From positions 864,001 through 928,000 of the forward strand of contig CAXXIA010000001.1 of NCBI GenBank assembly GCA_963666985.2: DNA of 64,000 nucleotides, in the 5' to 3' direction. This document shows, piece by piece, positions 30,805 to 41,186 of the stretch; position 1 is the first letter of the stretch, and every line of letters starts with the position of its first letter. The notes below the pieces were generated by a model that made no database searches, was not told where the DNA came from, and saw only the letters and a list, made by a program, of their open reading frames with translations. This stretch comes from Spirochaetia bacterium. Its GTDB lineage: Bacteria > Spirochaetota > Spirochaetia > DSM-2461. The translations under genes and the position numbers were made by a program.

Positions 30805-33204
30805 TTGGCATCGAACACGCGTTTTTCACGGTCATTCTTTTCTCCCAAGGTATTCGGACTTTTTCTGGGTCTTCTCATTGCCGGACTTTTCATCTTTATC
30901 GGGACTTTTACGGATGTTTTCGACAATCTCGAAACCCAGGTTATGGATCTCCATTTTAATCTGAAGCAAAGTCTTGTCCGGGAAAGTACTCAGGAAAATG
31001 TCGTCAAAGAGAAAAGAATCCATAAGATTTCAAACGATATCGTTCTTATCGGTATCGACAATAAGACGCTCGACGCTTTTGGAAGATGGCCTTTCCCCAG
31101 ATCGTATCACGCCGATTTACTGAATTCTTTTACCAGAATCCAAGATCAAAACGAAAGAGAATCGGCCGTACTTTTGGATATTCTTTTTAACGATGTTGCC
31201 GACAGGGTGTTTGAGGATGTTGTTCTTATCGACGCCATGAAAGCCAACGGCCGGGTTGCTCTTCAATCACAGCTTCAAAGCCTTCCCATGGCTTCCTCGC
31301 TGACGGACGAACTGAATTCCCGCCTAAAAGTGTTATTGGATAATCTCGGAGAGATTACGGATATCAATGGAGATTTGTCGAAAGTCAGACCGTATTACGG
31401 TATAGAATCTCCGCTGAAGCCCTATGGGCGCGCCATAGCCTCTTATGGTCATGCCTCCTATCACGAAGACACGGATAAGGTTTTCAGGCGTCAGCAGATG
31501 GTATCGCGCTACAGTGAAAAAATCGGTGAGTTTCCTCTCGATGAAATCGATATATATACGGATTTCAAAATTGACGGAAGAGGACATCTGGGATGGCTGA
31601 ATGAAAACGGTATTATCGAATCCGTTGAGCTCCCGCTGACCGATGAAACCCTGGCCGGCCTTCGAAAAGAAGTTCATAAAAACGGCTTGCCCCGTATCGG
31701 CGATGACGGCTCCCGAAAATGGTATGTTTTCACCTATAAAGATCATTATATTCCGGCGATATCATTAACGCTGGCTCTCCGCTATTTGAATAAAAGCCTT
31801 GATGACATCGAAGTTGTTTACGGATCTCATATTCTGATACCGTCGCCCATGAAATGGGATTCCGAGAGCGGTTCGTGGATTCCTTATGAAATCGGCGGAG
31901 CAAGAAACACAAAGCGATTGCTTCATGAAATCCGAATCCCAATTGATGAAAACGGGAATATGCTGATCAATTTCATGGGAAGACGCAGCTCCGCAGAGCC
32001 GGGCGGGATTCAGACCTATCCGGTCCGATCCTATAAAACCTTTGCCTCGAGCGTCCGCGGCTCCGATCCGGAAACCTGGCCGAAAACCAAAGCGCTCGGA
32101 GGAAAGGTCCTCATGGTCGGCGCTTTCACGCTGGGGATGGCCGATGATGAAAAACCCACGCCGTTGGGACTTATGTTCGGCGTGGAAATCCATGCCAATG
32201 CGCTGAATACCATTATCATGGACAACTTCATCCGAACTCTTCCGGACTGGGTGAACACACTGATTTTGCTGGGCTTGGTTCTGATCTTCGCGTTTATTAC
32301 ATCAAGGATGAAGAGGATAGGGTGGTCGGTAGCCGTAATTCTGTTCTTTATCGCGGCTTCGTTTATGACGGTTACGCTGCTGTTTGAATATCAAAGTCTG
32401 CTGATTGACTGGGGAACTCCCATTATCGCCATCCTTGTTACCTTTATAGCGGTGGTGATTTATCGTGTTTTGACCGCCGAAAGGGACCGCCGACAGATTA
32501 AGAATGTATTCGGACAGTTCATATCTCCGTCAATCGTCGACGAACTCTCCGAGCATCCTCCCGAACTCGGCGGAGAAGATGTTGAGGTAACCGTTTTTTT
32601 CTCGGACATCAGGGGGTTCTCGCAGATTTCAGAAAGGCTGAGTGCCCAGGAGCTCGTAAAGCTTTTAAACGATTATCTTACCGATATGACGGACAATCTT
32701 GTTAATGATTATAGCGGCACATTGGATAAATATATCGGAGATGCCATTATGGCTTTCTGGGGGGCCCCGAAGCCGCAGGACGATCATGCGGTTCGGGCCT
32801 GTAAGTGCGCCTTGATGCAAATTCGTCTTCTGGAAAAGCTGAATAACCGCTTAAAGGAAGAAGGCGGGAGTGCCGCGCAAACATTGGATATCGGCATCGG
32901 ATTGAATTCGGGCGTATGCATGGTCGGCTACATGGGAAGTGAAGGCCGCAAGAATTATACCGCCATGGGTGATGTCGTGAACCTTGCCAGCCGCTTGGAA
33001 GGCGTGAATAAAACGTATTTAACGAGGATTATACTCAGCGAGGATACCCGGGAGAAAATCCGGCACGAACCTTTTATTTTACGTGAACTGGATGAAATCC
33101 GCGTTAAAGGACGTTTAAGGCCGGTCACCATTTATGAATTGATTGATTATGATGGTGATTTAACCGCCGGAATCTCTCATGATACCAATCCCGGCAGGAG
33201 TTAA
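30805..33204 (+). CDS. CHASE2-domain class III adenylate cyclase
   Basis: CHASE2 motifs (GRWPFPRSYHA, LMFGVEIHANAL), 3 TM segments, cyclase motifs FSDIRGFS, DKYIGDAIMAFWGAP, NYTAMGDVVNLASRLE; start uncertain. Confidence 0.92.
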   Translation: MASNTRFSRSFFSPKVFGLFLGLLIAGLFIFIGTFTDVFDNLETQVMDLHFNLKQSLVRESTQENVVKEKRIHKISNDIVLIGIDNKTLDAFGRWPFPRSYHADLLNSFTRIQDQNERESAVLLDILFNDVADRVFEDVVLIDAMKANGRVALQSQLQSLPMASSLTDELNSRLKVLLDNLGEITDINGDLSKVRPYYGIESPLKPYGRAIASYGHASYHEDTDKVFRRQQMVSRYSEKIGEFPLDEIDIYTDFKIDGRGHLGWLNENGIIESVELPLTDETLAGLRKEVHKNGLPRIGDDGSRKWYVFTYKDHYIPAISLTLALRYLNKSLDDIEVVYGSHILIPSPMKWDSESGSWIPYEIGGARNTKRLLHEIRIPIDENGNMLINFMGRRSSAEPGGIQTYPVRSYKTFASSVRGSDPETWPKTKALGGKVLMVGAFTLGMADDEKPTPLGLMFGVEIHANALNTIIMDNFIRTLPDWVNTLILLGLVLIFAFITSRMKRIGWSVAVILFFIAASFMTVTLLFEYQSLLIDWGTPIIAILVTFIAVVIYRVLTAERDRRQIKNVFGQFISPSIVDELSEHPPELGGEDVEVTVFFSDIRGFSQISERLSAQELVKLLNDYLTDMTDNLVNDYSGTLDKYIGDAIMAFWGAPKPQDDHAVRACKCALMQIRLLEKLNNRLKEEGGSAAQTLDIGIGLNSGVCMVGYMGSEGRKNYTAMGDVVNLASRLEGVNKTYLTRIILSEDTREKIRHEPFILRELDEIRVKGRLRPVTIYELIDYDGDLTAGISHDTNPGRS

Positions 33205-33218
33205 CTGAGGTTGATTTA

Positions 33219-34094
33219 TTGAATCGGATGATTCCGAAACCCCATATATGGGGTTTGTATCTTCTCTTATGCCTTTTGATTATTTTTTCTCTCATCGGAT
33301 GCGGACTGCCCGATTATGTGGCGCTTGAGGCGCCTGATGCCTATAGCGGAACTCTTCCTTCCACGGTGGTGGCGTTCACCGAGCCGTCCGATTCGAACAT
33401 TGTCGGATACGCTCTTTTTTATAAAATTTATGCCGGTTCGGATGATTTTGATGACGAAGACGATCCTGATTGGTTTGACGAAACCTCCAGTTATTATTCC
33501 GGAGATACCGAAATCTCTACCGGGGATACGGTTCCGAATAAACGAGGTTTTTTCAAAGTCGGAGAACGCGGTGACGATTCGGATACGATGTGGACGAGTT
33601 ATCTGATACCGGCTCAGGGTGCTGGAACAACGATTTATATTGATTTTGACATTTCAGAGACAGGGACTACTTATAGTCGGTTAAGAGATCCGCCGGTTGT
33701 TGGTGTTGGTTGGGATGGTACGCACCCAACCGCGACAATAATGGAACTTGCCAGGGGATTTAGGGACCCGACAAGCAGCAGTGATACGCTGTTGGAATTC
33801 GTCGCCGATTGGGATTTCGATGATGGAAGTCCCGATGATGATTATAATGACGGGGATCTGCGGCGCGGATATTCCAAGATGAAATATCAGCCGGGAACGA
33901 CACTATCAGATGTTGAAGCTTGTGGAACTGCGCTATACGATTCACCATCAGCTGATGATATTTATATAGGATTCGTTGTGTATTCCTTCGGCAGAGATCC
34001 CAGCATTTTGACGGCCTTGGAAAGTAAACCTGTTTATCTCGGACGAATCCTTTATAGCCCTGTAGATGATGCCGACAGAGTAACCACCAGATAA
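33219..34094 (+). CDS. Acidic hypothetical lipoprotein
   Basis: Lipobox SLIGC followed by GLP; D/T/S-rich mature part; start may be ATG 33228. Confidence 0.7.
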   Translation: MNRMIPKPHIWGLYLLLCLLIIFSLIGCGLPDYVALEAPDAYSGTLPSTVVAFTEPSDSNIVGYALFYKIYAGSDDFDDEDDPDWFDETSSYYSGDTEISTGDTVPNKRGFFKVGERGDDSDTMWTSYLIPAQGAGTTIYIDFDISETGTTYSRLRDPPVVGVGWDGTHPTATIMELARGFRDPTSSSDTLLEFVADWDFDDGSPDDDYNDGDLRRGYSKMKYQPGTTLSDVEACGTALYDSPSADDIYIGFVVYSFGRDPSILTALESKPVYLGRILYSPVDDADRVTTR

Positions 34095-34198
34095 ACACAT
34101 TGTTCGATAAGCGTTCTCATGATATAAAGAATTCTTAAGGGAATGGGATAAAAAATGTTCCTTTTTTTTGTCCTTAATTGCCGAAAATAGGAAGCACC

Positions 34199-34477
34199 AT
34201 GAGAGAAGCCGTACTGATTTTTGTGTATATTGTTTTTGCCTTTATTCCTGTAATTTTGATTAAATGGCGTCATCCGGAAACATCACACAGATTTTTTTGG
34301 ATGACTTGGTTTGTCGGTTTAACCGGTGCTTTCTTCGGCGGTGCTCTTGGGATTGTTCTTATTGCCAAAACACATTTGGAATTCCGGTTTGTCGTGATGG
34401 TTTTACCGGCTTTTATCGGATCCTGCCTGTTATGTTATCTTTTTCAGGTGCTCAGGCGAATCCCGGGGAATTGGTAG
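34199..34477 (+). CDS. Small hypothetical membrane protein (about 3 TM)
   Basis: Three hydrophobic segments, one with GLTGAFFGGALG. Confidence 0.6.
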   Translation: MREAVLIFVYIVFAFIPVILIKWRHPETSHRFFWMTWFVGLTGAFFGGALGIVLIAKTHLEFRFVVMVLPAFIGSCLLCYLFQVLRRIPGNW

Positions 34478-34691
34478 ACAGTATTAATTGGTCGGCCGGC
34501 CCGTTCGCAAGCAAAACGGTTCATGCAGGCCCAAGCGGAAAAATATTAAATACGCACCCTACTTCTGATAATATATATTCTGTCTACCTGTAAAATACTG
34601 CAATTTTTACCTCTTGAAGATCGATTATGTGATTTGAGGCCTTCCGTTCCGTTTTCCGCTCATTGAACCCTTAAGGTCATCTCGATAGCAT

Positions 34692-35498
34692 ATGGAAAGA
34701 ATGAGCAAACAAACACAACATACGAGCGCGGAACTCTTTACGGAGTTTCTTGATATCTTGGCACTCTTACGGAGTCCGGACGGATGTCCTTGGGACAGAG
34801 AACAGACAACAATTTCCATGCGCGGATGTCTGCTGGAAGAAACCTATGAAGCAATTGAAGCCATAGATGAAGAAGATGATGAGCATCTTCGAGAAGAACT
34901 CGGCGATGTTTTTCTTATTATATGCATGCTTGCGAGAATCGAGGAAGAAAACAATTCGTTTACGATCGCCGATGTTATTCAGGAAATTACCGCCAAGCTG
35001 ATACGGCGCCATCCGCATGTTTTCGGCGATGAGAAAGTGAAAGACGCGGATGAAGTTCTTGAAAACTGGGAGCGGATAAAAGTTGATATTGAAGGCCGGA
35101 AGAAGTCCGAATCGGTCCTTGATGGTGTTCCCCGCAGCTTTCCCCCGCTGGAACGGTCCTGGAAACTTCAAAAAAAGGCCGCTAAGAACGGTTTTGATTG
35201 GAAAAATGCCGAAGGCCCAAAACAAAAAATATTCGAAGAGTTGAAGGAAATTGACGAGGCCTTAAGAAACTCTGAAAAAACGAAACTGGAAGAGGAAGTC
35301 GGCGATCTTTTATTCTCCGTAGTCAATTATGCCAGGCATCTCGGCGTGGAACCCTCCCTTGCGCTTGCGCGTACAAACGTGAAATTTGAGAAACGATTTC
35401 GGGATGTTGAAGAAAACATGCTGCTGGACGGGGTTGAAATGAAGAAAGAAAATCTTGAAATCATGGACCGGTATTGGGAAAAAGCAAAACTCGGATAA
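34692..35498 (+). CDS. mazG: Nucleoside triphosphate pyrophosphohydrolase MazG
   Basis: GCPWDREQT, LLEETYE, EELGD, KLIRRHPHVF, EVGDLLF; start may be 34701. Confidence 0.96.
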   Translation: MERMSKQTQHTSAELFTEFLDILALLRSPDGCPWDREQTTISMRGCLLEETYEAIEAIDEEDDEHLREELGDVFLIICMLARIEEENNSFTIADVIQEITAKLIRRHPHVFGDEKVKDADEVLENWERIKVDIEGRKKSESVLDGVPRSFPPLERSWKLQKKAAKNGFDWKNAEGPKQKIFEELKEIDEALRNSEKTKLEEEVGDLLFSVVNYARHLGVEPSLALARTNVKFEKRFRDVEENMLLDGVEMKKENLEIMDRYWEKAKLG

Positions 35499-35539
35499 TA
35501 AGATTGCCACCCTTCAGTCTGTCGTTTTTTTTCGAATAA

Positions 35540-36865
35540 TCAGCGATTCCGATATCTGCGGTAATGGATGGACAGGAGTATCCCAACGGACATTAACGCC
35601 ATCCATAAAGACGAACCACCGTATGAGAGGAAAAAGAGCGGAATCCCGGTAATCGGCATAACTCCAATCGCCATGCCGATGTTTTGAATTACATGGAACC
35701 CAATCATTGCGGCGATGCCGACGGCTATATAGGTGCCGAAGCGGTCTTGGGCGGTATAGGCAATATAGAGTGATCTAAAAATGATTATTGAGAAAAGACC
35801 GAAAACTATCAGGCTTCCGAGAAATCCCGTTTCTTCGGCGAGAATGGAAAAAATGAAATCCGTACTCTGTTCCGGCAGATAACGGTAATGTGACTGCGTT
35901 CCCTGAAGGAACCCTTTCCCGAGAACTCCGCCGGAGCCCACGGCCGTTACCGATTGGATGATATGCCAGCCGGCTCCTCTTGGGTCTATTTGAGGATCCA
36001 GAAAAATAACAAGACGCATCATCTGGTACCCTTTCAGCAAACGGGTCGCCCCCGCGATTCCGATATAGGAAACCGAAGCGGTACCGAAAATGTAAAGAAG
36101 AGCCAAGTAAATCTTTTTTTTGAAGAGGAGCCATCCTCCACCCGCAAGCAGGCATAATCCGAATAAAGACGGAATTGAGATTCTTACGAGTGATTTTTCG
36201 GTAAAGAGCAGGAAGAATCCCGCGGGGGTTACGGCGATATATTCACTCCAGGCATATCCGAGCACGCCTACAACGACTAATGTTCCCACCGCGATCGGGA
36301 ATAATAGGATGCGCCAGTCAATCCCCGCGGCAAAAGCCATAGCCATGAGAATGGGAATAAACACAAAAGCCGTTCCTAAATCAGGCTGAATAAGAATCAA
36401 AAGGATCGGCAGGGCCGTTATTCCGGCGGCAACAAGCCATATTTGAAGAGTATCCTGTCCCCTTCCCCGCTCGTCGAACCACCAGGCGAGCAGAAGAATC
36501 AGAGAAAGTTTGGCGAATTCAGACGGCTGAATACCGATTCGGCCGAAACCAAGCCAAGCCTTGGCGCCCCTGATATATTTTCCAATAACCAGAACCAGAA
36601 CCAAAAGAGCAAGCGTGCCCAGGTAGATCGCTATGGACCAGTTTTTCCATCGCCCGTAGTCGATGAACGCAAAAGCAGTCATTAAACCAAGCCCGCCCGC
36701 CGACCAGATGATTTGGCGAATCCATTCTTCGGAAACCTGAATCCCTTCCGAGGTCATTCCGCTGGAATAGATAAAGGCAATCCCCAAGGCTATAAGTCCG
36801 AGAACACACAGAATAAGAACAATATCCAAGCGGAGGAAGGTCGTCGGTGAATCATTCCTTTTCAT
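35540..36865 (-). CDS. rodA: Rod shape-determining SEDS protein RodA
   Basis: IQPSEFAK, QPDLGT, LPEQSTDFIF, PITGIPLFFLSYGGSS. Confidence 0.96.
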   Translation of the reverse strand: MKRNDSPTTFLRLDIVLILCVLGLIALGIAFIYSSGMTSEGIQVSEEWIRQIIWSAGGLGLMTAFAFIDYGRWKNWSIAIYLGTLALLVLVLVIGKYIRGAKAWLGFGRIGIQPSEFAKLSLILLLAWWFDERGRGQDTLQIWLVAAGITALPILLILIQPDLGTAFVFIPILMAMAFAAGIDWRILLFPIAVGTLVVVGVLGYAWSEYIAVTPAGFFLLFTEKSLVRISIPSLFGLCLLAGGGWLLFKKKIYLALLYIFGTASVSYIGIAGATRLLKGYQMMRLVIFLDPQIDPRGAGWHIIQSVTAVGSGGVLGKGFLQGTQSHYRYLPEQSTDFIFSILAEETGFLGSLIVFGLFSIIIFRSLYIAYTAQDRFGTYIAVGIAAMIGFHVIQNIGMAIGVMPITGIPLFFLSYGGSSLWMALMSVGILLSIHYRRYRNR

Positions 36866-38778
36866 TCATCAACCTCATCGGGCTCGGGAATATAGGGCTC
36901 GCCGGGTTTCGGCAGATCTTTATCATCCCAGCTCCACCATACCCTGCGCCGGCGCCACTCTTCGATGACCTCTTCGTAAGTCTTATGGCCGAAGATGCCT
37001 TCAAAGACGATATCGGTGGCCTTGGGCGCCCACCAATCATAGGAATCCGATGCTTCAATCATGGTGACAACAACAACTTGTTCATCCGGATTATCCGTTT
37101 TATAGGGACCGAACGCAACGAACCAATCATGCCACCGGTCGTCAAAGCCGATTTCGCCCGTTCCGGTTTTTCCGGCTACCTCAACCGATTTGGTATAAAC
37201 GGCCCATTCGCCTGTTCCCTCGGTAATGACTCCTCGCATGGCTTCTCTGATGAAATCGTAATCTTCAGGTTCAAGCAAATCGATGACGCGAAGAACCTCG
37301 GGTTCGGTTTTTTCGACAACCACGTTCATTCCCGGTCTTCTGACTTCTTTTAAGAGTCGCGGCTTGTAAATGATTCCTCCGTTCACAATCGCCGCAACGG
37401 CATTGGCCATTTGAATGGGCGTTACCGCTAAAAATCCTTGTCCGATACAGGAATTGAGCGTGTCGCCGGGAGTCCAGGGAGTATGGTAGAGTTCTTCTTT
37501 CCAGCTTTTCGTGGGAACGATGCCTTCAACTTCTCCGTCAAGCTCGATGCCCGTTAAAGAACCCAGACCGAAGGATTTTGCATATTTGGATATGGCGTCA
37601 ATGCCCAGATATTCCACGCCTACCGTTCCAAAGTAAATGTTGCACGATTGTTCTAAGGCTTTTTTGAGATTCACGGGACCGTGGCCGCTATGCTTCCAGC
37701 ACCAGAACTGCCTGTTTCCTAAGGTCATCACTCCTCGGCAATCAACGGTCATTTCCGGATCAACGGCCTGTTCGCCCAAAAGAGCCGCACTCATAATAAT
37801 CTTGAATGTCGACGCGGGAGCGTAGGAAGACTGTACCGCCCTGTTGAGAAAAGGAAAATCCGGATTGAGGCTTAAGGTATTAAAATTCCCCGTTCCCGGC
37901 TGATTAAAGCGGTTCGGGTCAAAGGAGGGATACGACACCATGGCCAGGATCTCTCCCGTGGAAGGCTTCAGGACAACCAGAGCTCCTTTTCGCGGACCAA
38001 GCGCTTTTTCCGCCAATTCCTGGATATGCCGATCGATTGTAAGAACAACATCCAGCCCGTTTTCAGGAGGGATGATTTCCACATCATCTCCCTGATGACG
38101 TCCCTTGACATCAACGGTTCTGTATAAAACGCCATCCTTCCCTCTGAGAATGCCGTCAAAAGCTTTTTCAATTCCGCTTTTGCCGAGACTGGCCGTATTC
38201 GCGTAACCCCGGTTGTAAAGGATTTGAAGTTCTTCAACGGTAATATTTCCGACATAGCCGAGGACATGGGATATGGAACCGACGTTGTTGTACCAGCGGT
38301 AGGGTTTGCCGGTCCATTCGACTCCCGGATAGCGTTCCACCGACTCCGCGATGGAAACAACGGTTTTATAGGGCACTCCGTCCGCGACTTCGACGGGTTT
38401 CCAGGAGTTATGCCAATTCCCCGGGATTTTTACACGGATTTCGGATGCATCCATGCCCAGAACCGACGCCAGCCTTCGAGATACTTCGTCCGGATTGGAA
38501 GGCGGGATTTCCGCGGGAATAATTCGGATGGCATAGGAGTCCAGATTGATGGCCAGCGGATTATCGGCATTGCGATCCCAAATCATTCCCCGCTGAGCTA
38601 AAAGAGGTTCGGATCGGCGGGAAACGGCTTCCGCCCTTCCCTCCCAAATGAGATTTTCCACGACCTGCAGATTAAACAGATAAAGTGTAAAACCAAGGAA
38701 TACGCCGAGAATGATACCGCCGAGGATGATTAACCTGATCCGTATTCCCCTATTGCTCGGATCTTCAGTTTGACTCAT
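36862..38778 (-). CDS. mrdA: Penicillin-binding protein 2
   Basis: SxxK (ASTFK), SCN and KTG motifs; PBP dimerisation domain; in the mre cluster. Confidence 0.95.
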   Translation of the reverse strand: MSQTEDPSNRGIRIRLIILGGIILGVFLGFTLYLFNLQVVENLIWEGRAEAVSRRSEPLLAQRGMIWDRNADNPLAINLDSYAIRIIPAEIPPSNPDEVSRRLASVLGMDASEIRVKIPGNWHNSWKPVEVADGVPYKTVVSIAESVERYPGVEWTGKPYRWYNNVGSISHVLGYVGNITVEELQILYNRGYANTASLGKSGIEKAFDGILRGKDGVLYRTVDVKGRHQGDDVEIIPPENGLDVVLTIDRHIQELAEKALGPRKGALVVLKPSTGEILAMVSYPSFDPNRFNQPGTGNFNTLSLNPDFPFLNRAVQSSYAPASTFKIIMSAALLGEQAVDPEMTVDCRGVMTLGNRQFWCWKHSGHGPVNLKKALEQSCNIYFGTVGVEYLGIDAISKYAKSFGLGSLTGIELDGEVEGIVPTKSWKEELYHTPWTPGDTLNSCIGQGFLAVTPIQMANAVAAIVNGGIIYKPRLLKEVRRPGMNVVVEKTEPEVLRVIDLLEPEDYDFIREAMRGVITEGTGEWAVYTKSVEVAGKTGTGEIGFDDRWHDWFVAFGPYKTDNPDEQVVVVTMIEASDSYDWWAPKATDIVFEGIFGHKTYEEVIEEWRRRRVWWSWDDKDLPKPGEPYIPEPDEVDE

Positions 38779-39287
38779 TGAAAACCGCTCCGGCGACCTT
38801 CGGTTATCCTTGCGATAAATAACACCGTAAAGAAGATCAGCGGAGCAAGGACGGCATTAAAGAGAATCTCCCAAACGGTGGCGAAGGATAGATACCGTAC
38901 GGCTCCGGAATTCAGTCCGAACACCAGAGCCAGCAGCAGAGATCCTCCGTATTTCAGAATCGTCGCGACAACGGCGGCGAGGATTGGAAGGAAAAAAGGG
39001 CCCGGTGAAATATTGTCTTGAAGACGGCCGAATAAATATCCGATCAGCGTATAAGTAAATGCATGGAAGCCGAGCGGCGCCAACCCCATGGCGTCCAGGC
39101 AAATGCCGATAAAAAAACCCGCGATTTCACCTGTCATGGAGCCGTAGCGCCATGCTGAGGCAATAAGGATGAGAAGAGAAAGATCGGGAATCGCCGAGAT
39201 AGGGATGATTTTCGATATAAGCGTGGATTGGAGAATGGCGAAGAGAATCCCCGCCAATGCGGTTGCGGCCGTATTCGCAATCATCAT
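38775..39287 (-). CDS. mreD: Rod shape-determining protein MreD
   Basis: Multi-TM protein with PDL motif, between mreC and mrdA. Confidence 0.9.
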   Translation of the reverse strand: MMIANTAATALAGILFAILQSTLISKIIPISAIPDLSLLILIASAWRYGSMTGEIAGFFIGICLDAMGLAPLGFHAFTYTLIGYLFGRLQDNISPGPFFLPILAAVVATILKYGGSLLLALVFGLNSGAVRYLSFATVWEILFNAVLAPLIFFTVLFIARITEGRRSGFQ

Positions 39288-40120
39288 TTTTCCTCCAGGA
39301 GGAAAACGTATTCGGTTTTTTTAACGTCAATTATGGGAGTGAGAATCAGTTCCAGAGTCGCGGAATATTCGCGCGAATGGATTTCCCGTATCCTTCCTAT
39401 AAAGAGTCCCGGCGGATAGAGCGAATTCATTCCGGAGGTAACGATCAGATCGTTTACGCAGACAACATCCTGGGCCGTCTTGCGGACGTATTTCATCAGA
39501 AGTTCGCCCTCGTCGTTCCCCCGTCCTTCAACCAATCCTTCATAACGGGTTTTATCCAGCCTGGCCGCGACATAATGATCCGGGTCTACCAGCGGACGGA
39601 CTTGCGAAGAAGAGGTTCCGACGGTCTCCACTTTTCCAAGGAGTCCGAAGAAACCGTCTTGAAACGCCGTTACGACCATGCCGATTCGAACGCCGTCGCG
39701 TGTACCTTTGTCTATGGTAACGGAAGCAAAAAGATTTGAAGGATCTCCCGCAATAACCCTGGCGGGAATATGATCGTATTCCAAAGAAGCGGAGTACCCG
39801 AGCTGGCGCTTCAGATTTTCGTTTTCTCTCCGCAGTTCAACAACCTCGCGCTCAAGGCCCTGGTAATCACCAAGCCGCTCAAGAACGGATTCATACTGGC
39901 TTCTCATTTCGCGAAGGCGTCTGAGGGAGCCGAAACCGTTTTTGATGTGTTCTGTCGTTTGGCCGAACATACGCTGAACGGAGACTACGAACCGCGGCCC
40001 CCATTCTTTTCCGGAACGGTCTTGAAAGGCGCCGGAAAAGATAATGAGCAGTATGGAGATAATGAGAAGGACCGCCAGGATTGCTTCGGGACGGACGCCT
40101 TGGTCGTCTCTCTCCCTCAT
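39284..40120 (-). CDS. mreC: Rod shape-determining protein MreC
   Basis: TM segment, coiled coil (LRRENENLK), TIDKG, VTSG...YPPG. Confidence 0.94.
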   Translation of the reverse strand: MRERDDQGVRPEAILAVLLIISILLIIFSGAFQDRSGKEWGPRFVVSVQRMFGQTTEHIKNGFGSLRRLREMRSQYESVLERLGDYQGLEREVVELRRENENLKRQLGYSASLEYDHIPARVIAGDPSNLFASVTIDKGTRDGVRIGMVVTAFQDGFFGLLGKVETVGTSSSQVRPLVDPDHYVAARLDKTRYEGLVEGRGNDEGELLMKYVRKTAQDVVCVNDLIVTSGMNSLYPPGLFIGRIREIHSREYSATLELILTPIIDVKKTEYVFLLEEK

Positions 40121-40127
40121 TGATTCC

Positions 40128-41177
40128 TTAGCCGCTCAAGGCGTCATAAAGCGCCCTGTTGTCGTTGTGTCCTTTCGCGAAATCGAAATACAGCCCGGCG
40201 CCGATCGCCACGCAAAGAAGAGGATCCTCGGCGAGAATAACAGGAACACCCGTCTCCTTGGAAAGGAGCTTGGGCAGTCCCTTGAGCATGGATCCGCCGC
40301 CGGTCATGACAATTCCTCTCTCGACGATATCCGCCGCAAGTTCGGGAGGTGTTTGCCCCAGGGTACGCTTCACTTCTTCTATAACCGCGTTAATCGGTTC
40401 CTGAAGGGCTTCACGAACTTCAACGGAGTCTATTTCCAAACGTCTGGGCAGACCGGTTATGGCATCGGTTCCTTTTATTTCCATCTTGTCGATGGTTTTT
40501 TCCGGACTGGCGTTGCCGATTTTCATTTTCAGCTGTTCGGCCGTCTGCTCGCCGATTATCAGGTTGTGAACCGTTCTGACGTGTTTGATGATGGCCTGAT
40601 CAAAAGCATCCCCGCCAAGTCTGATGGCGTTGGTAACCACCATGCCGCCGAGTGAGATAACTGAAATTTCGGTTGTGCCGCCGCCGATATCCACCACCAT
40701 GTGTCCGGCGGGTTCAAATATCGGAATCTCGGCGCCAATGGCCGCAGCCAATGATTCTTCGATTATTTTTACCTCGCGGGCGCCCGCTTTATAGGCGGCC
40801 TCTTCAACGGCGCGGCGCTCCACTTCCGTAATGCAGGAGGGAACACCCATAACCATGCGGGGTTTGATGATCCATCGTTTGCTCAGAACTTTACTGATGA
40901 AATAACGGATCATTTTTTCAGTCGTTTCCAAATCGGCGATAACACCGTCGCGCAAAGGCCTGATGGCAATTATGTCACCGGGAGTTTTCCAAAGCATTCT
41001 TTTGGCGTCTTGTCCTACAGCCACGACCTTCTTGGTTCCGCGTTCCACGGCAACGACCGACGGCTCGCTGCTGACGACACCGCGTCCGCGAACGTAAATA
41101 AGCGTGTTGCAGGTTCCGAGGTCGATCCCAATATCAGCTGTTAGGCCACCGAAAAGCTTTTTACGGTCGCTCATCAT
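40128..41177 (-). CDS. mreB: Actin-like protein MreB
   Basis: [23 protein letters not shown]. Confidence 0.98.
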   Translation of the reverse strand: MMSDRKKLFGGLTADIGIDLGTCNTLIYVRGRGVVSSEPSVVAVERGTKKVVAVGQDAKRMLWKTPGDIIAIRPLRDGVIADLETTEKMIRYFISKVLSKRWIIKPRMVMGVPSCITEVERRAVEEAAYKAGAREVKIIEESLAAAIGAEIPIFEPAGHMVVDIGGGTTEISVISLGGMVVTNAIRLGGDAFDQAIIKHVRTVHNLIIGEQTAEQLKMKIGNASPEKTIDKMEIKGTDAITGLPRRLEIDSVEVREALQEPINAVIEEVKRTLGQTPPELAADIVERGIVMTGGGSMLKGLPKLLSKETGVPVILAEDPLLCVAIGAGLYFDFAKGHNDNRALYDALSG

Positions 41178-41186
41178 GCCTCCATT

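Noticed and set aside
34692..35498. mazG as part of a toxin-antitoxin or anti-phage system
   Set aside because: Ordinary two-domain housekeeping MazG with no mazEF or defence genes nearby
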